DNA of 64,000 nucleotides from Candidatus Babeliales bacterium (GTDB lineage Bacteria; Babelota; Babeliae; Babelales; Vermiphilaceae): NCBI GenBank assembly GCA_035944115.1, contig DASZBJ010000034.1, positions 1 to 64,000 of the forward strand, read 5' to 3'. Shown piece by piece: positions 61,175 to 64,000 of this stretch (position 1 is its first letter; each line of letters starts with the position of its first letter). The notes under the pieces were generated by a model. It saw only the letters and a program-made list of their open reading frames with translations, ran no database searches and was not told where the DNA came from. The position numbers and the translations under genes were made by a program.

Positions 61175-61920
61175 GGTACTATCCTTATCGGCTTATTTGT
61201 TACTCGTGTAGCTGGATCATACTGTTTTTTCTCTGATATATGCAAATGACAACATTGCATAGAAAGACATGGATTGCGTACAATAAGTCCTGCAGCGTAC
61301 GCTTGATATGCAATCAAACTATCGCACGTCATGGTACCCATCTGTATAGCTGCATCCTGAAATTTTCTAAGCGGAGTTTTAAAAATCCACACATCTTGTG
61401 AACTTGCAGAATCACCAGGAGAAAATCGCCCTCGATGATCATATTGCTTAAAAATGCGTATTGTTTTATCTGCGCAGACATCCCACCGCGTAAGAGCTAA
61501 GAATTGATTGGTAAGATCATACTCATCAAGAAGTTCAAGCGTCTTATTAAAAAATATATCCGCATTAGCGAGTATAATCTTTTTATTAGGATACAGTTCG
61601 TTCACTACATCAAAACAAAATGTATACGTAGGGCGCCCAACGGTATACGTAATGATGCAGTTTTGATTCTGTAGGTACCGCAACAATGCATTACTTCCAT
61701 CATCACAACTCGTGTCGTATATCACATGAATTTTTTCAATTCTGTGGTGCTGCATGTTCCGTGCAAAACAAAATATATACTCTGCAATTCGTGCAGGATT
61801 TGGCTCATTATACAATGGGATCATCAAGACGTATTGTGCATCTTGCGATACTGTACAAACAGACGCAACATACGCAGTACAAAAAAACAGTATACAACTA
61901 AAAAACCAATTAAACTTCAT
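61156..61920 (-). CDS. Family 2 glycosyltransferase-like protein with N-terminal signal-anchor
   Basis: VLMIPLYNE and DTSCDDGS (DDGS-type) motifs; start at MKFNWFF (ORF extension to 62013 is uncertain). Confidence 0.55.
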   Translation of the reverse strand: MKFNWFFSCILFFCTAYVASVCTVSQDAQYVLMIPLYNEPNPARIAEYIFCFARNMQHHRIEKIHVIYDTSCDDGSNALLRYLQNQNCIITYTVGRPTYTFCFDVVNELYPNKKIILANADIFFNKTLELLDEYDLTNQFLALTRWDVCADKTIRIFKQYDHRGRFSPGDSASSQDVWIFKTPLRKFQDAAIQMGTMTCDSLIAYQAYAAGLIVRNPCLSMQCCHLHISEKKQYDPATRVTNKPIRIVPWETLY

Positions 61921-62015
61921 TAAACCCTGCATGTCATTTATAAAATAACGCAAGTTCGATCTAAGAAACGTTTCAATGTTAACTAAAAAAAGCTCTTGTG
62001 GCTTTCTATGCATTA

Positions 62016-62450
62016 CTATTCTTTGGCAGAAGCATTACGACCTTCTAAAATATATGACTCACCTCGCTTAAAAATAATAATTTCTTTTGGTCGCAATTCC
62101 ATAAGAGCTTGCCACTGATCAAGAATTGAAAGTAATTCTTTTTGGGACATTTTTATATGTGGCTCAAAACCTCTATCAAATTGGCAAGCAATAAGAATAT
62201 CATCTCCATCCTTTTCCATCATGGTATAATTACTTCCTGTTTCTATATCATTAGGATCATTTATAAAATCCTTAAACGTCTCTGCTCCATTCCCCCCTCC
62301 AACATCATCAGTAAGAAATCCAGCCAAAATCCAAAAATCATCTTTGCTTGGTCCATTACTAAGATAAATACGATCATGTAATTTAAATTGTGCGATTTTC
62401 ATTCTTTTATCCAACATACATATAACGATACCTTTGCAACGGCAAATCAA
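62016..62450 (-). CDS. Small cytoplasmic protein, tandem paralog 2 (candidate immunity protein)
   Basis: About 90% nucleotide identity to 62459..62860, including identical runs of 90 bp or more; no signal peptide. Confidence 0.5.
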   Translation of the reverse strand: MICRCKGIVICMLDKRMKIAQFKLHDRIYLSNGPSKDDFWILAGFLTDDVGGGNGAETFKDFINDPNDIETGSNYTMMEKDGDDILIACQFDRGFEPHIKMSQKELLSILDQWQALMELRPKEIIIFKRGESYILEGRNASAKE

Positions 62451-62458
62451 TGAGATAA

Positions 62459-62860
62459 TTATTCTTTGGCAGAACTATTGCGCCCTTCTAAAATATATGA
62501 CTCACCTCGCTTAAAAATAATAATTTCTTTTGGTCCCAATTTAACAAGCGCTTCCCACTGATCAAGAATTGAAAGTAATTCTTTTTGGGACATTTTTATA
62601 TGTGGCTCAAAATCTCTATCAAATTGGCAAGCAATGCGGACATCATCGCCTTCCTTTTCCATCATGGTATAATTACTGCCTGTTTCCGTCCAATTAGGAT
62701 CATTGATGAATTTTTTGTATGAAGGCGAAGGGCAAGATCCCACATCGTCTGTAAGAAATCCAGCCAAAATCCAAAAATCATCTTTGCTTGGTCCATTACT
62801 AAGATAAATACGATCATGTAATTTAAATTGTGCGATTTTCACTTGTAATTCCTTTATCAA
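62459..62860 (-). CDS. Small cytoplasmic protein, tandem paralog 1 (candidate immunity protein)
   Basis: Immediately (1 nt) downstream of the toxin-like gene; paralog of 62016..62450. Confidence 0.5.
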   Translation of the reverse strand: MIKELQVKIAQFKLHDRIYLSNGPSKDDFWILAGFLTDDVGSCPSPSYKKFINDPNWTETGSNYTMMEKEGDDVRIACQFDRDFEPHIKMSQKELLSILDQWEALVKLGPKEIIIFKRGESYILEGRNSSAKE

Positions 62861-62861
62861 T

Positions 62862-63854
62862 CTAAATAGGATATGAGGTTACTAACTCTCCTGTTGCTTC
62901 AAAAACTGTTCTAATTTCTATCCCTTCTCGTGTTTTTCCAACCCATACCCAACGGCTACCCTGCAGTTCTGGCAATTCTGTTGGATTTAATAGAGATTCT
63001 TGTATTTTTTTGAGTACTTTTTTGCGCGACCATGAAGCAGGGAAGAATGTTTTATCTGCTTTTACTTGTCCTAAAAAATGTAAATCTGCCTTCATAACAC
63101 CCGTTATTTTATCAATAACAGCATTATGTATCAAATGGCTCAGTTGGTTTTTCACGTTATGATGAAACCCTTGTGTTATATTCTTAATTATTCCCGATTT
63201 TTTATATTCCTGTATAATCTCAACACCAAAAATATGCTTCAATATTTCCGGTGTAATTTTAATATGTCTCAAACCAACAAGATTTGCATTTCTATTAATT
63301 TTAAATGCATCTTTAAATTCTACAAAAAGACCAACGATTTCCGGTTCATTATACATCAAATAATCGATTTTGCGGGCCAATTTATTTTTTGGAAGCTTTG
63401 CAGCTTTATCCCCAGCTTCAGCGATAGCAATTTCTATTGCTTTGATTGCTTCAGCTTCTTGCTTGAACGCTACTGCAGTTCCGGTTGCTTCTGCTGCCAC
63501 GATAATGCCAGGAGAACAGGGAACTGCAGGCATTATATTAGTTTGCTCAGCCAGTTTTATGGCAACCGCAAGTTCCTGTTGCGCCGTTTTATACATGGTA
63601 TGCGCAGCACTCAAGCATTTTTTAGTAAGCGATGTTTCTACGATAATTGCAGTTCCCTCTCGCGCAAGGGTCTTAATGGGTGTGTCTTGTATTTTATGTA
63701 TAAGATCGATTGATATTCGTTCTATATTGGTCACAACTTGATCAACACGTTCAAACCCTGCCTGCTTATCAACAATACACGCGATAGCAACATCACAAAT
63801 TTCATATAATACTTTACCCAAATGCCATCCTGCTTTTGCCACGCCAGAAACCAT
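62862..63854 (-). CDS. Cytoplasmic 330-aa protein with Ala-rich helical N-terminal half and C-terminal domain resembling bacterial EndoU-type (polymorphic-toxin) RNase domains
   Basis: C-terminal ..RHIKITPEILKHIFG..GFHHNVKN..GSRWVWVGKTREGIEIRTVFEATGELVTSYPI; the closing (T/S)xYP end and His/His/Lys pattern recall the EndoU_bacteria family. Complete ORF (in-frame stop upstream of the ATG at 63854). Confidence 0.45.
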   Translation of the reverse strand: MVSGVAKAGWHLGKVLYEICDVAIACIVDKQAGFERVDQVVTNIERISIDLIHKIQDTPIKTLAREGTAIIVETSLTKKCLSAAHTMYKTAQQELAVAIKLAEQTNIMPAVPCSPGIIVAAEATGTAVAFKQEAEAIKAIEIAIAEAGDKAAKLPKNKLARKIDYLMYNEPEIVGLFVEFKDAFKINRNANLVGLRHIKITPEILKHIFGVEIIQEYKKSGIIKNITQGFHHNVKNQLSHLIHNAVIDKITGVMKADLHFLGQVKADKTFFPASWSRKKVLKKIQESLLNPTELPELQGSRWVWVGKTREGIEIRTVFEATGELVTSYPI

Positions 63855-64000
63855 ATTGCATACCGTCGGTATAGGATTATCTAACGCATACGAAACATTA
63901 GACCTCTTCTGAAACCATAAAATTTATGGCATACTCATGATCTGTTTATATAAAAAAAGGTTATGAGAACATGAAATATGAAAAATTAAAATCATCATCA

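Noticed and set aside
62862-63854. Possibility that the toxin-like gene is truncated by the window edge
   Set aside because: An in-frame stop (TAA) lies 66 nt upstream of the ATG at 63854 on the minus strand with no earlier start codon. The 330-aa ORF is therefore complete
1-64000. CRISPR arrays, rRNA and tRNA genes
   Set aside because: No regularly spaced 25 to 40-bp direct repeats. No rRNA-like conserved blocks or cloverleaf candidates were seen in intergenic regions

Overview
The window looks like a low-to-moderate GC (roughly 40% by eye) chromosomal segment of a host-associated, Gram-negative-type bacterium. Envelope and lipoprotein machinery is present (lgt, lspA, mraY, murB, SurA/PpiD-like chaperones, a Mip-like FKBP lipoprotein). 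So are many small secreted hypothetical proteins, an Rpn-family nuclease, a WD40 protein and SecA. This is the flavour of an amoeba/eukaryote-associated lineage such as Legionellales-like or Dependentiae-like organisms, though the taxon cannot be fixed from sequence alone. The core is ordinary housekeeping: pheT, lspA, comFC-like, an ABC-2 exporter, trhO, murB, yhhQ-tgt (queuosine salvage), flotillin, a TrmH-family methyltransferase, an APC permease, mraY, mnmG, lgt-dnaG-rpoD, a CorC-type protein, nusB-efp, transaldolase, glyA, secA and a YfiH/PgeF-family protein. Four things stand out as accessory. First, a roughly 4 kb gene (20884..24942) encodes a secreted giant protein with Pro/Ala-rich tandem repeats, a charged coiled coil and two tandem copies of a roughly 430-aa domain I cannot place. 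Second, an AT-richer island (about 50.4 to 62.0 kb) carries five glycosyltransferase genes, four of them with N-terminal signal-anchor-like segments. These flank a tandem family of five small secreted alpha-helical paralogs that share conserved signal peptides, AGGAGG ribosome-binding sites and a repeated promoter block. Third, directly upstream on the same strand is a toxin-immunity-like module. It is a 330-aa cytoplasmic protein whose C-terminus resembles bacterial EndoU-type nuclease toxins, followed by two about 90% identical tandem copies of a small cytoplasmic protein. Fourth, there is a stand-alone AAA-ATPase/PD-(D/E)XK nuclease next to the ABC-2 exporter. I saw no tRNA, rRNA or CRISPR array. 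All domain calls are motif recognition by eye; I ran no database search.
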